DNA from: Mobula hypostoma
Taxonomy: Eukaryota
NCBI RefSeq assembly: GCF_963921235.1
Contig: NC_086124.1
Location: 24,242,001-24,306,000, forward strand
Direction: 5' to 3'
Length of the DNA: 64,000 bases
Below the pieces are notes generated by a model. It worked only from the letters and a program-made list of their open reading frames with translations. It was not told the origin of the DNA and did no database searches. Below, one piece after another: positions 50,091 to 61,185 of this stretch (position 1 is the first letter of the stretch; each line of letters starts with the position of its first letter). The position numbers and the translations under genes were made by a program.

Positions 50091-50676
50091 GGAAACGATG
50101 AGTCGACGTTTCGGGCCGGAACCCTTCGTCAGGACTGAAGAATGAAGGAGGGGGAAGGATTTGAAGAATGCTTGTAGGTTCGGTTGAAAGACCAGTAATT
50201 TGAAGGTCAAAGGGGTGGGGGAGGGGAAGCATCGACGTCATAGGCAGAAACACAATGGGTAGTAGAAGAAAGAGGCGGAACCATGAGGCAGGTTATAGGC
50301 AGCTGGGGGAGGGGGCAGAGTGAAATAGGGAGGGGGAGGGAAGTTGGAGAATTCTATGTTCATACCAAGGGGCTGGAGACTACCTAGACAGTATATGAGG
50401 TGTTGCTCCTCCAACCTGAGTTTAGCCTCATCATGGCAGTAGAGGAGGTCATGTATGGACATATCTGAATGGGAGTGGGAAGCAGAGTTGGAGTGGGTGG
50501 CTACCGGGAGATCCTGTCTGTTGTGGCGGACGGAGTGGAGGTGCTGGACGAAGCGGTCCCCCAATCTGCGTCTGGTTTCACCGATGTAGAAGAGGCCGCA
50601 CCGGGAGCACCGGATGCAATAGCTGACTTTTGTTATGTTATGTTACTTTGAACCCAGCATCTACAGATTATTTTGT
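50091..50676 (-). mobile_element. Penelope-like element fragment (GIY-YIG C-terminal part)
   Basis: GDRFVQHLHSVR...PVATH...LEEQHLIYCLGSLQPLGMN. 16-bp TSD GTTTAATATTGACAAT. Confidence 0.85.
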
Positions 50677-50870
50677 GTTTAATATTGACAATATTCTTGC
50701 GGACCGGCCGACCCGGGGGAGGGGGGTGGGTGGTGGCGGGGGGAAGGGTTTCCAACAGACAAGAGGAGCGGTCAAAACGTTGGGTTTACCCCAGAAAGAC
50801 TACAATGACCATGAAGCCTTGCGCGGGCACCAGTGCGCATGCGTGTATGTACCGATTTCATTTCTACAAA

Positions 50871-51003
50871 CAACAGGAATTCTGCAGATGCTGGAAATTC
50901 AAGCAACACACATAAAAGTTGCTGGTAAACGCAGCAAGCCAGGCAGCATCTCTAGGAAGAGGTACAGTCGACGTTTCAGGCTGAGACCCTTCGTCAGGAC
51001 TAG
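50871..51003. mobile_element. Short Penelope-like terminal-repeat fragment
   Basis: 13-bp TSD TCATTTCTACAAA. Similar to 52775-52870. Confidence 0.75.
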
Positions 51004-51087
51004 TCATTTCTACAAATGGTTTTTGGCGATTCTGTTCGGGGGTGGGGGGGGAGTGTTAATCACGACCGGAAAAAAAGGTGGCTAATA

Positions 51088-52268
51088 CAGGGGTCCCCAA
51101 CTACCGGGCCCTGAGGAAACGATATGATTTGGCGATATGAGTCAGCTGCACCTTCCCGCATTCCCTGTCACGGCCACTGTTGAGATTGAACGCACGTGAG
51201 GTCATTACCCGTGTGTCATCCATGTCACCGCGGGAAGGAGATCAACTCCTCGAGCTTGCAAATGACGGCGGGCTGAGAAGCAAGTTTGACATAACATCTC
51301 TGTCGGCATTCCGGATCAAAGTCAAGGCTAAATATCCTGAGATAGCCACGAAAACACTGAAAACGTTGCTTCCATTTCCAACATAACTCTGCGAAGCGGG
51401 CTTTTCTGCGATGAATATAACAAAAACTAAATTGCGGAATAGACTGGACATAAGGAACCCCCTTCGAGTATCGCTGTCTCCCATCTCCCCTCAATAGGAC
51501 CGTCTTGTCGTAGGGAACAAGTAGTCAGCCCAGGGTTCCCACTGATTCAGCGATATTGGTGTGTTGCAATGATTTTATACGTTCATACAGGGAAAATATG
51601 TGCTGTGTGTTTAATATCCAAACGTTACTTAAAATGTTATGATGCTATTGACTTATATAACCATATAACAATTACAGCACGGAAACAGGCCATCTCTGCC
51701 CTTCTAGTCCGTACTGAACTCTCACTCTCACCTAGTCCCAACGACCGGCAGTCAGCCCATAACCCTCCATTCCTTTCCTGTCCATATATCTATCCATTTT
51801 TTCTTTACATGATAATATCGAACCTGCCTCTACCACTTCGTTCAATACTTACTTCAAGCTCCCCTGTCCTTCCCTGATAATTGACATCACTATATTCATG
51901 CGAGGAAAATATGCACTGTGTTTAATATTAAATTCGTTAGAGAAACCCTTTTAGAAACGAAATTGAGTGTATTAGCCACTTATCACCTATATTCCGGTCG
52001 TGATTAACAACAACCCCCCCCCCCCAACAGAATTGCCAAAAATAATTTGTAGAAAAAAATCGGCACGTACACGCATGTGCACTGGTGCCCGCGTAAAGCT
52101 TCATGGTCATTGTAGTCTTTCTCGGGGTAAAACCAACGTATTTGACTACTGCTCTTGTCTGTTGGCAACCCTTCCCCGGCCCCCCCCCGCCCCCACCGGT
52201 CGGCCGGTCCGCAAGAATATTGTCAATATTAAACCAGTCCGCAGTGCAAAAAAGGTTGGGGACCCCTG
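51088..52268 (+). mobile_element. Non-autonomous hAT, same family as 1453-2671, no TSD
   Basis: Both TIRs present and the transposase remnant. Flanks GGCTAATA and TATTAAGG do not match. Confidence 0.92.
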
Positions 52269-52770
52269 TATTAAGGGATTACAAAGAATGCCACAAAGGC
52301 TTTAATACAAAGAAAAATCGCTGAGCATTATATTAGTTTGAAAACGTTTGATGATGAGGTGCTAGATAGGTTTCCAATGAGTAATCTGGAAATGCAGTTA
52401 CATCTTGAAACAAATAAAGTTAAAGCAATTAGAAGCTGATTTGGAAAGAAGTCGGTTAGGAGCTGAAAATAAACAGAAGGAATTCGAGGCTAGTGTGGCC
52501 CATAAAATAAGGGAATTTAAAGATAGAGAAGCTGAAAACCAGAGGAAATTTGAGCTAGAGATGGAGAAATTAAAGTCCGGGAATCAGTCTTCTTGTACTA
52601 AGAAACAGTTTATTGCCAGTGGTGAGGTTATTTTGGCTCCTCCATTTAATGAAGCTGAAGTGGACAAACATTTCCAGATTTCGAAACTATTGCTCTGAGT
52701 TTAGGGTGGCCGAAAGAGCAATGGCCAGTGATGTTACAAAGTATAATTAAAGGCAAAGCACAACGAGTTT
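52269..52770 (+). pseudogene. Gmr1-type gag fragment, inverted twin of 38400-38875
   Basis: MKQIKLKQLE...FQISKLLL*, with the same early stop as the 38445-38738 copy. Confidence 0.9.
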
Positions 52771-53809
52771 ACACACATCAAAGTTGCTGGTGAACGCAGC
52801 AGGCCAGGCAGCATCTGTAGGAAGAGGTGCAGTCGATGTTTCAGGCCGAGACCCTTCGTCAGGACTAACTGAAGGAAGAGTGAGTAAGAGATTTGAAAGT
52901 GGGAGGGGGAGGGGGAGATCCAAAATGATAGGAGAAGACAGGAGGGGGAGGGATGGAGCCAAGAGCTGGACAGGTGATAGGCAAAAGGGATACGACAGGA
53001 TCATGGGACAGGAGGTCCGGGAAGAAAGATGGGGGGGCGGAACCCAGAGGATGGGCAAGGGGTATATTCAGAGGGACAGAGGGAGAAAAAAGAATGTGTG
53101 TATAAAAATAAGTAACAGATGGGGACAGCTATATGTGTGACCATGCTTCCAGCGCCAACCCACAACTTACTAACCCTAATGTATACGTCTTTGGAATATG
53201 GGAGAGAACCCATGGGGTCATGGAGAGAACATACAAATGCCATAAAGACTGCGGCAGGAATTGAACCCCAATCACAGGCACTGTAAAGAGTTACACTACC
53301 ATGCCGTCTGTGAGAGGAAACAGTTCATGAAAATGCTCACCAAGTTCCTGGTCTGAACTGTTAAAGATCAAGATGGGGTAGCACGGTAGTGTAGTGCTTT
53401 ATAGTACAGGCGACTTGGGTTCAATTCCTGTCACTGCCCATAAGGAGTTTATATGTTCTCCCCACGCCCCATGGGTTTCCTCCCATATACCAAAGATGTA
53501 CCAGTTGATAAGTTAATTGGTTATTGTAAATTTTCTCGTGATTAGGCCAAGATTAAATTGGGAACTGCTGGGTGGTGCGTATCAAAGGGCCAGAAGGACC
53601 AATTCCATGCTGTATCACAATAAATAAATAAAATTCTGAAGCTGAAATCCTGAAACAGCCCTAAACACCATTTCTTAGTGTTTCATAGCAAATAGTTGGT
53701 CTCAGTTGTTTTTGCTGCTAGTCCCCAACACTGCCTCAGTCTCAAACAGTGACTCTATTTGTCTCCAAGTGTCTGAACCGGAACCAATTTGTAGACTTGA
53801 TATTGTTGT

Positions 53810-54633
53810 TGTGATGAAAAACCAAGTTACCAGAAGATTGATGCTGATGAGAGAGATAAGAGAGACAAATGGAGAAGCGTTCAAAATGTTATTGAGAGAG
53901 GAGAGAGATTAACGAAAAGAGACACGGTTCCGAGTATTGACAGACCAGTTGCTTTGAACCTGAACTGTTTGAAGTTTGATGGGCAGGCGATACCCCAGCA
54001 GGGGGATAAAAGGAACAGGTTCGCTAAGGCAAGACAGACACCACAAGATCACGAGATAACGAGACCCTGAAAGTGCGGTGTGCCCCCGCAAGTTGGTGAA
54101 AGTTTGGAGGTCTGGTCGTGGGAACTGACCATAGATGCACAGGGTGAAAAGGTAGGATCGGCGGGAACCTGGTGTGTGTATCCGCCCTTGCCTGGGTGCT
54201 GGGTTCACCGCGGAAGAACGGTCGTATCCGGAACAGAGGGGTCACAGTCAGTGACCACAGAAGACATTAAAACGGTTCGCCCGAAAGCTAACTGCGAACA
54301 ACAAAGGTCTGTTTGAATCAGAATTTGCATATTCTCTCTCTCTCTCTCCCCAACGGCACAACAGCGATTACTGCGAACTGTACTCAGCTGAACTGAACTC
54401 TGCGTCACTTGAGACTGATCATTTTACCCCGAGACTGCGACAGAGCTTGATTGATTCCTATTATCCTAGTTCTGTGTACATGTGTGTTTTATCATTGCTA
54501 ACCCGTTGCATTTATATCCTTACGATTAGAGTACTGTGTTACTTATTTCTTTAATAAAACTTTCTTAGTTCCAGACTCCAGCTAAGTGGTCCATTTCTGC
54601 TGGTTTGGCAACCCAGTTATGGGGTATGTAACA
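53810..54633 (+). mobile_element. Solo LTR (related subfamily)
   Basis: TGT...ACA ends. TSD TTGT. Empty site at about 27520. 3' part shared with 60218-61075. Confidence 0.9.
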
Positions 54634-55093
54634 TTGTTAACTCCCTACATTTTAAATCACACATGTGGCATGCTCACAAAAAACAACTCTGTCCACGAGC
54701 TGATCATCATCCACTCCATCCTGCCTTCCACCTGGCAAAACCCCCACCCATGCTGCTGTCAACCCCAGATTTTACTGTTCCACACCTTCCTCGTTGACAT
54801 CCCTCATTTTCCCTTCCATAAACACAGCCAACAGTTTCTTGTGGTGTACCTGAACACTGTCCTGTGTCTCAAAGACATACAGATTATGATTAGTAAATTG
54901 TGAGTAAGCTGTTGCCTCAGGAAGTGTGACCCCCACCACCCCCCAGCACATCATTGGACTGTGTTGGCCATTGATGGAAATGACGCATTTAACTGTATGT
55001 TCGACATAAACATGACAAACAAAGCTAATCTGCCTTTAAGACTTGCAGTTAAATCTAGTTGAGTGATAAAGGAAGACCCAGTTCGCCAGCTGA

Positions 55094-55750
55094 CGCTGTA
55101 ATGGAGATCTCTTACAACCCAAGAGGGATCATAAAGTGTTTCACAAAAGTGACGTAATGATTCCAGTTTAGTTCACACAAGATGGCCCAGCAAACAACAC
55201 AACCAATGACAACGTCCTGCTGACAGTTCACAAATATGCTTCTTTTACTCCTTCGTATTTCAAATGAAGTTCCACTATTAATCGGCGTGCCATTGGAACC
55301 TGTAATTTACATTTTGATGGCTTGTTTTTGGACTAGTTGAGCAATCTGGTGCTCTATTGTCTCCAAGGAAATTCAGTGAGGTTTGGAGCAGAGTGTGGGG
55401 CCTGGAAACATGATCGACACTGTTGCTTTTCTCCAACTGAAGCATTCAGAACGGTTGAAGTCAACGAGGCTTTGCATCAAGGACGAGCAGAAGTTCAACC
55501 TTGCTTCAACCTGCTGGTGTATGATTGGTATTCCTCTCCCTCTTGTTAGCTGCTGTCGGAGGGAAATGCAGGGGTCTTGGGATCAACATTGCAAGGATCA
55601 ATTGGAGATTCATTTTGGGAGACGTTGCGGTTCATATTGGATATGTTCCTGGATTCTGGTTACTCTTTTTTTTTAAAAAGCCATTTTTGAGCGCTTTCTC
55701 CAGGGCCATCTATGCGATCCCGGTCACTTCAGCGAAGAATGCTATACCCT
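55094..55750 (+). pseudogene. Inverted twin of the unidentified decayed frame at 26434-27075
   Basis: Same frame. TAG at 55169 and 55334 are TGG in the other copy. Confidence 0.4.
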
Positions 55751-58254
55751 GCAGAAATGTTTTCTGTATATACACTTTGATAATAAATGTACTTTGAATA
55801 TTAGAATTACTTGCATAATACCAATTTTTTTTATGAGTAATGCTTCTTAGGCTGAAGATGACATGCTACCTCAGATTGTGAATATTTTTAACGTGGAATG
55901 GCTCTTGTACATGATGTTGACAAGAGTGACGTCTTGGTCAATGGTGAGGAATTCCAATGCAACTGGAGACCAGACCTTGAGTATGGACATTAAACACAAA
56001 CACACACAAACACCAACTCACTCAGTGGCCACTTTATTACACATCTCCTGTACCTAATAAAATAGACACTGAGTATATGTTCATGCTGTTTTGCTGCTGT
56101 AGCTCATCCACTTCAAGGTTCGACAGTTTGTGCATTCAGAGATGCTCGTCTGCACACCACTATTGTAATGCATGGTTATTTGAGTTACCGTTGAGTCAGC
56201 TTGAACCAGTTTGGACATTCTCCTCTGATCTCAAAGTCAAAATAAAATTGATTATCAGAGTACATACATGTCAGCACATACAGCCCTGAGATTCATTGTC
56301 TGCACACATACTTGGAAAATCTATAGGACAGCAACTGCAAACATCAGGAATTGTTAATTATAAATAAACTGTGCAAATGCAGATACAAATAAATAGCAAT
56401 AAATAATGAGCATTAAATAACAATATAACAGAGTCCTTAAGTGAGTGTAGCTATCCCCTCTTGTTCAACAGCCTGAAGTTTGAGGGATACTAACTGTTCT
56501 TGATCCTGGTGGCGCCAGTCCTGAAGCACCTGTACCTTCTACCTCAGTGGTTCCCAACCACCGGCCGCAAAGCATGTGCGAGGAAACAGTATGATTTGGT
56601 GATATGAAATTATATGAGTCAGCTGCACTTTTCCTCATTCCCTATCACGCACTGTTGAACTTGTACACCAACAATCCCCCTGCCCAGCCCACCGTCAGCC
56701 AGTTCGCAAGAATATTGTCAATATCAAACCAGTCCGCAGTGCAAAACAGTTTGGGGACCCCGTTCTACCCGATCGCAGCAGTGAGAAAAGTGCATGACCT
56801 GGACAGTGAGGACTTTTGATGATTGATGCTGCTTTTCTACAGCAACGTTTCATGTAGGTGTGTTGCACAAGGGGGTATTGAGGCCCAGGTCTTGCAATTT
56901 ACTGATTAGATTTCATACTGAGCGTTTACTGATCAGCCTCTCATATTGAATAAGGCAAAAGACTTGAACTCGTGAACGAGGCAAGTGAAAATACAAGGCT
57001 TAGAAAGCTAAGGAGCCCTGGCCCTTGAATATAATTAAGATAAAGATAGATGTCTGAGATCTATACAGAGTCATGAGTCATAGAGAACAGGCAGGAAATC
57101 GAGACCAAAATCATATGTTTTGGATGTTGATACTGGGCTAAGCATTGGCCCTGGGATATTGAGAAAATTCCCTACTCTTTCCGTAGTGTGTCTAATGACT
57201 CAGCTAAAAATAACTCACCCATCTATATACATGCACAAAGCACAAACACAATCCCACTCTGTGATAAGGTCCAACCTTGTGTACATGGCAAGATCCCACT
57301 CAGCAGTTACACAACAACATCCCAACCAATCCATACAAAATGGAAACAAGAGGGCACTGATTTCAAGTGAAAAGAAGGAGTTTTAAAGGGGATCCAAGGG
57401 GGTACACTTTTTTTTCTTGCATAAAGAATGGTTGATATCTAGAATGAGCTGCCAGCGGAGGCTGTGGAAATGGGCTCAATCACTACATTTAAAAGGTATT
57501 TGGACAGACACGTAAATGGGCAAGGTGTAGAAGTATATTCAAAGTACATGTATCATCAGGATACGGTGCTAATGGTGGGGGGTGGGAAACGGGATTAGCG
57601 TAGATGGGCAAAAATGTCAGCAACCACATGGTGGGCAAAAGGGTCGAGGTGTGTGTTGTACAAGTCTATAACACTAAAACAACCCCCATCCAGTCTGCAC
57701 GTGGCAAGCGTCCATGCAACATGGGCGAGGCACAGTCAAACAAATTCCCATTCATCCATAGCACAGCCCCCACCCAACAAGTGCACAGCAAGATCCCACT
57801 ACACAACACCTCCCTCCCCATCACTGCGTGCCCACAGCAAGATCCCAGCAACCATGTGCATAGAACAGTAGATCACAGTGCCAGCTCTTCGGTCCACATT
57901 GTTGTGCCAACCCTTTGATCAATCTAACCCTTCCCTCACACAGAAACCTCCATTATTCTGTCACCTGTGTGCCTATAAGAGTCTCTTAAATGTCTTTAAT
58001 GACAACCTTGGCAGTGCCAGGTTCCACACCTAAATATACTACCTCTGACATTCCCCCTCTAAACACCTTAAAGTTATGCCCCTCCATGTTAGCCATTGCC
58101 ACCCTAGGACAAAGCTTTCCACTGTCCACCCTATCAATGCCTCTTATCTTGTACATCTTTGTTAAGTCACCTCTCATGCTCCTTTGCCTCAAAGAGCAAG
58201 TCCCTAGCATGCTCAACCTCACAAGACATGCTCTCCTCAGCATACTCTCTAAAG

Positions 58255-59332
58255 CAGGGGTCCCCAACTTTTTTTACACCGCAGACCGGTTTAATATTGA
58301 CAATATTCTTGTGGATCGGCCGACGGTGGGGCGAGTGGGGGGGTGGGTTCAAGTAGGGTTAAACTCAGCTCAACATGTCTTTTACAGTTAGGGTTGCCAA
58401 CTTTCTCACTCCCAAATAAGGGACAAAAACAGCAGACAAATCCTGGGACACTTTACCCCTGGAAAGACTACCATGACCATGAAGCCTTGCGCGGGCACCT
58501 GTGTGCGCATGCGCGTTGAGTGCCAATTTCTTTCCCACAATTTTTTTTCCGGGAGAAGGCTCAGGAGCTTGAAGACTCGTACAGCCAGATTTGGGAACAG
58601 CTTCTTTCCAACTGTTATAAGACTGCTGAACGGATCCTGACCCGGATCTGGGTTGTACCCTCCAAATATCTGGACCTGCCCCTTGGTTCTTTTTGCACTA
58701 CCTTACTTTTCATTTTTCTATTTATGATTTCTAATTTAAATTTTTAATATTTAATAATTTTTACTATTTAATATGGGAGCGGGAAGCGCAGAATCAAGTA
58801 TCGCTGTGATGATTGTACGTTCTAGTATCAATTGTTTGGTGACAATAAAGTATAAAATAAATCGGTTTTGCCTTCATCTTCCCGACTGTACAGTCCATAG
58901 ATTATTTCTACTTTATATAGGCTGTGTATTTATCGTATCATTCCTGCTTCTACTATGTGTTAGTGTTATTTTCGGTTTTTGTGTTATTTGGTATGATTTG
59001 GTAGGTTATTTTTTGGGTCTGGGAACGCTCAAAAAATGTTCCCACATAAATTAATGCTAATTGCTTCTTCGCTTCACGCCATTTCGGCACGAAAGGTTTC
59101 ATAGGAACACTTTTTACCTTAGCGGGGGAAATATGGGACAAGGGCGGTCCCGTATGGGACAAAACAATTTAGCCCAATATACGGGATGTCTCGGCAAATA
59201 CGGGACAATTGGCAACCCTATGTTCAAGTTCAACAGTGCGTGACAGGGAATGAGGAAAGGTGCAGCTGATTCATATCGTTTCCTCGCGGCCCAGTAGCAC
59301 ATGCTCTGCGGCCCGGTGGTTAGGGACCGCTG
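58255..59332. mobile_element. hAT element with nested MITE (orthologue of 10683-11438)
   Basis: Perfect TSD CTCTAAAG. TIRs present. Extra LINE-tail insert at about 58560-58860. Confidence 0.9.
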
Positions 59333-59602
59333 CTCTAAAGCTTCCACATCTCAATTTAAATATCCTGATAGTAAACATGGCTCTATAATGAGGCGACCAG
59401 AACTGAACACAATACTCCAAGTGTGATCTAACCAGGAAGTTTAACCCTTAAATAACAAGACCCAAAATAGAACGGGGCCAGCAAGATCCAACCCGTAACA
59501 CCCCCACACTCGACCAGGTTGATGACTCCAGCAATGCGAACTCTGCAAGATCCCACAATCTGCAGCAAGTGCGGTGATCCCCATGACAGGAATCAACTGA
59601 AC

Positions 59603-59677
59603 CGCCACTGAGCTGTGAGTCCCCGAACGAGCGACGAGGAGCAGGAGGAGCGCCCAGGTGGCGAGATATCGACCCAT
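59603..59677 (-). pseudogene. Second leader exon (inverted twin), open frame but damaged donor
   Basis: MGRYLATWALLLLLVARSGTHSSVA. One base missing before the donor, which reads GTTCAG instead of GTGAGT. Confidence 0.75.
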
Positions 59678-59885
59678 GGTTGTGACTGTGCCAAAAGCAA
59701 AGAGCGGCGATAGGCAAGAGGAGACGATGCCCCCGCCATTCTCCACGCACACCGTACCACCCTAGCCCCAGCCTTGCTCCTCCTTTTATAGCAGCACCAA
59801 AGAGAGTGAGGGAGCGGCCCGGCCACTGGCGGAGTCACGCGCCTGAGGGAGGGCGGGGGGTGTCTCTGGTGGGAAGCCGCGGCAG

Positions 59886-59915
59886 CCAATCAGCGATGGA
59901 CGGCCGGATTACGAG
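59886..59915 (-). promoter_or_regulatory. Twin Y-box / X2-like module
   Basis: Minus strand CTCGTAA, 15 nt, CTGATTGG (CCAATCAG at 59886-59893). Confidence 0.55.
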
Positions 59916-60217
59916 GGCGCACGCAGTCTCTGGCGGGTGTCAGCTCGCCGGGTGTCAGACTGGCTTCTTTGCTTTAGATGCAGTACAGTAAGAGGGATTA
60001 AAGGCATTACTTGTCAAGGAAAATGTCACAGCAGTGCTCAATCAGGACACACTGGAGAACTAGTCTAGTGAGGTGTTATGGGTGGAACTGAGAAATAAGA
60101 AAGGTATGACCACTATAATGGGACTATATTACAGAGACCACCCAACAGTCCAAGGGATGCAGAGGAGCAAATCTGTAGAGAGATCACAGGCTATTGCAAG
60201 AAATATAATGTTGATGG

Positions 60218-61075
60218 TGTGACAAGAATACACATAAGATTAAGATGTATCTGTCCTGTGCTGGCACCAATGGAATCAGCAGTTGGTCTGCCACCTGTCT
60301 TCAGGAGAGAGAGAGAGAGATAAGGAAAACAATGGAGCAGCATTTGGAGATGTTAATGAAGGGGAAGGAGAGCTGTCAAGACCGGCTCCCCCTTTGAACC
60401 CTGAACTGTTTGAAGTGATGGACAGGCGATACCCCAGCAGGGGGATAAAAAGGGACAAGTTCGCTAAGGCAGGACACACACACGACACCCGAGGTAACAA
60501 GACCCTGGAAGCGGTGCGTCTCTCACAAGTCGGTGGGAAGTACCGGGCCATAGACGCACAGGGTGGAAAGGGACGATCAGCGGGAACCTGGTGTGTGTCC
60601 ACCCTTGCCTGGGTGCCAGGTTCAGCGCAGGGAAATGATCGTATCTGGAAACGGAGGGGGTCACAGTCGGTGACCTCAGATGACATCACAAAGGACTCGC
60701 CCGAGAGCTGACTGCGAAGGTCTGTGTGGAAGCCTTGAATATTCATTCTTTTTGCTCTCTCTCTCCTTCCCCCCACTGTCCATCGCCACGGCAGCGATTA
60801 CTGCGAACTGAACTGAACTAAATTGAACTGAACTTTGCGTCACTTTGAAACTGGTCATTTACCCCTAGACAACGATAGAGCTTGATTGATCCTGTTATCT
60901 GAATTCTGTGTACATGTATGTTTATCATTGCTGAACTGTTGCATTCATTATCCTTTCCATTAGAGTACTGTGTTGCTTGTTTCTTTAATAAAACTTTCTT
61001 AGTTCTAGTAATCCAGACTCCAACTGAGTGATCCATTTCTGATGGTTTGGCAACCCAGTTACGGGGTATGTAACA
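60218..61075 (+). mobile_element. Solo LTR (Gypsy-type)
   Basis: TGT...ACA ends. TSD ATGG. AATAAA near the 3' end. Empty site at about 9860. Confidence 0.92.
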
Positions 61076-61185
61076 ATGGTTGTAACTTTGCACATATTGA
61101 CTGGGACTCCCATACTGTAAAAGAATGAGATGGGATAGAGTCCGTCAAACTTGTTCAGGAGAGTTTCCATCGAGAGAGTGCACAC

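Larger units (their letters stand above)
50041..51087. mobile_element. Truncated hAT (same TIR family) carrying two Penelope-like inserts
   Basis: Starts CAGGGGTCCCCAACC. Internal sequence colinear with 1453-1740. Ends abruptly at the next hAT. Confidence 0.85.
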
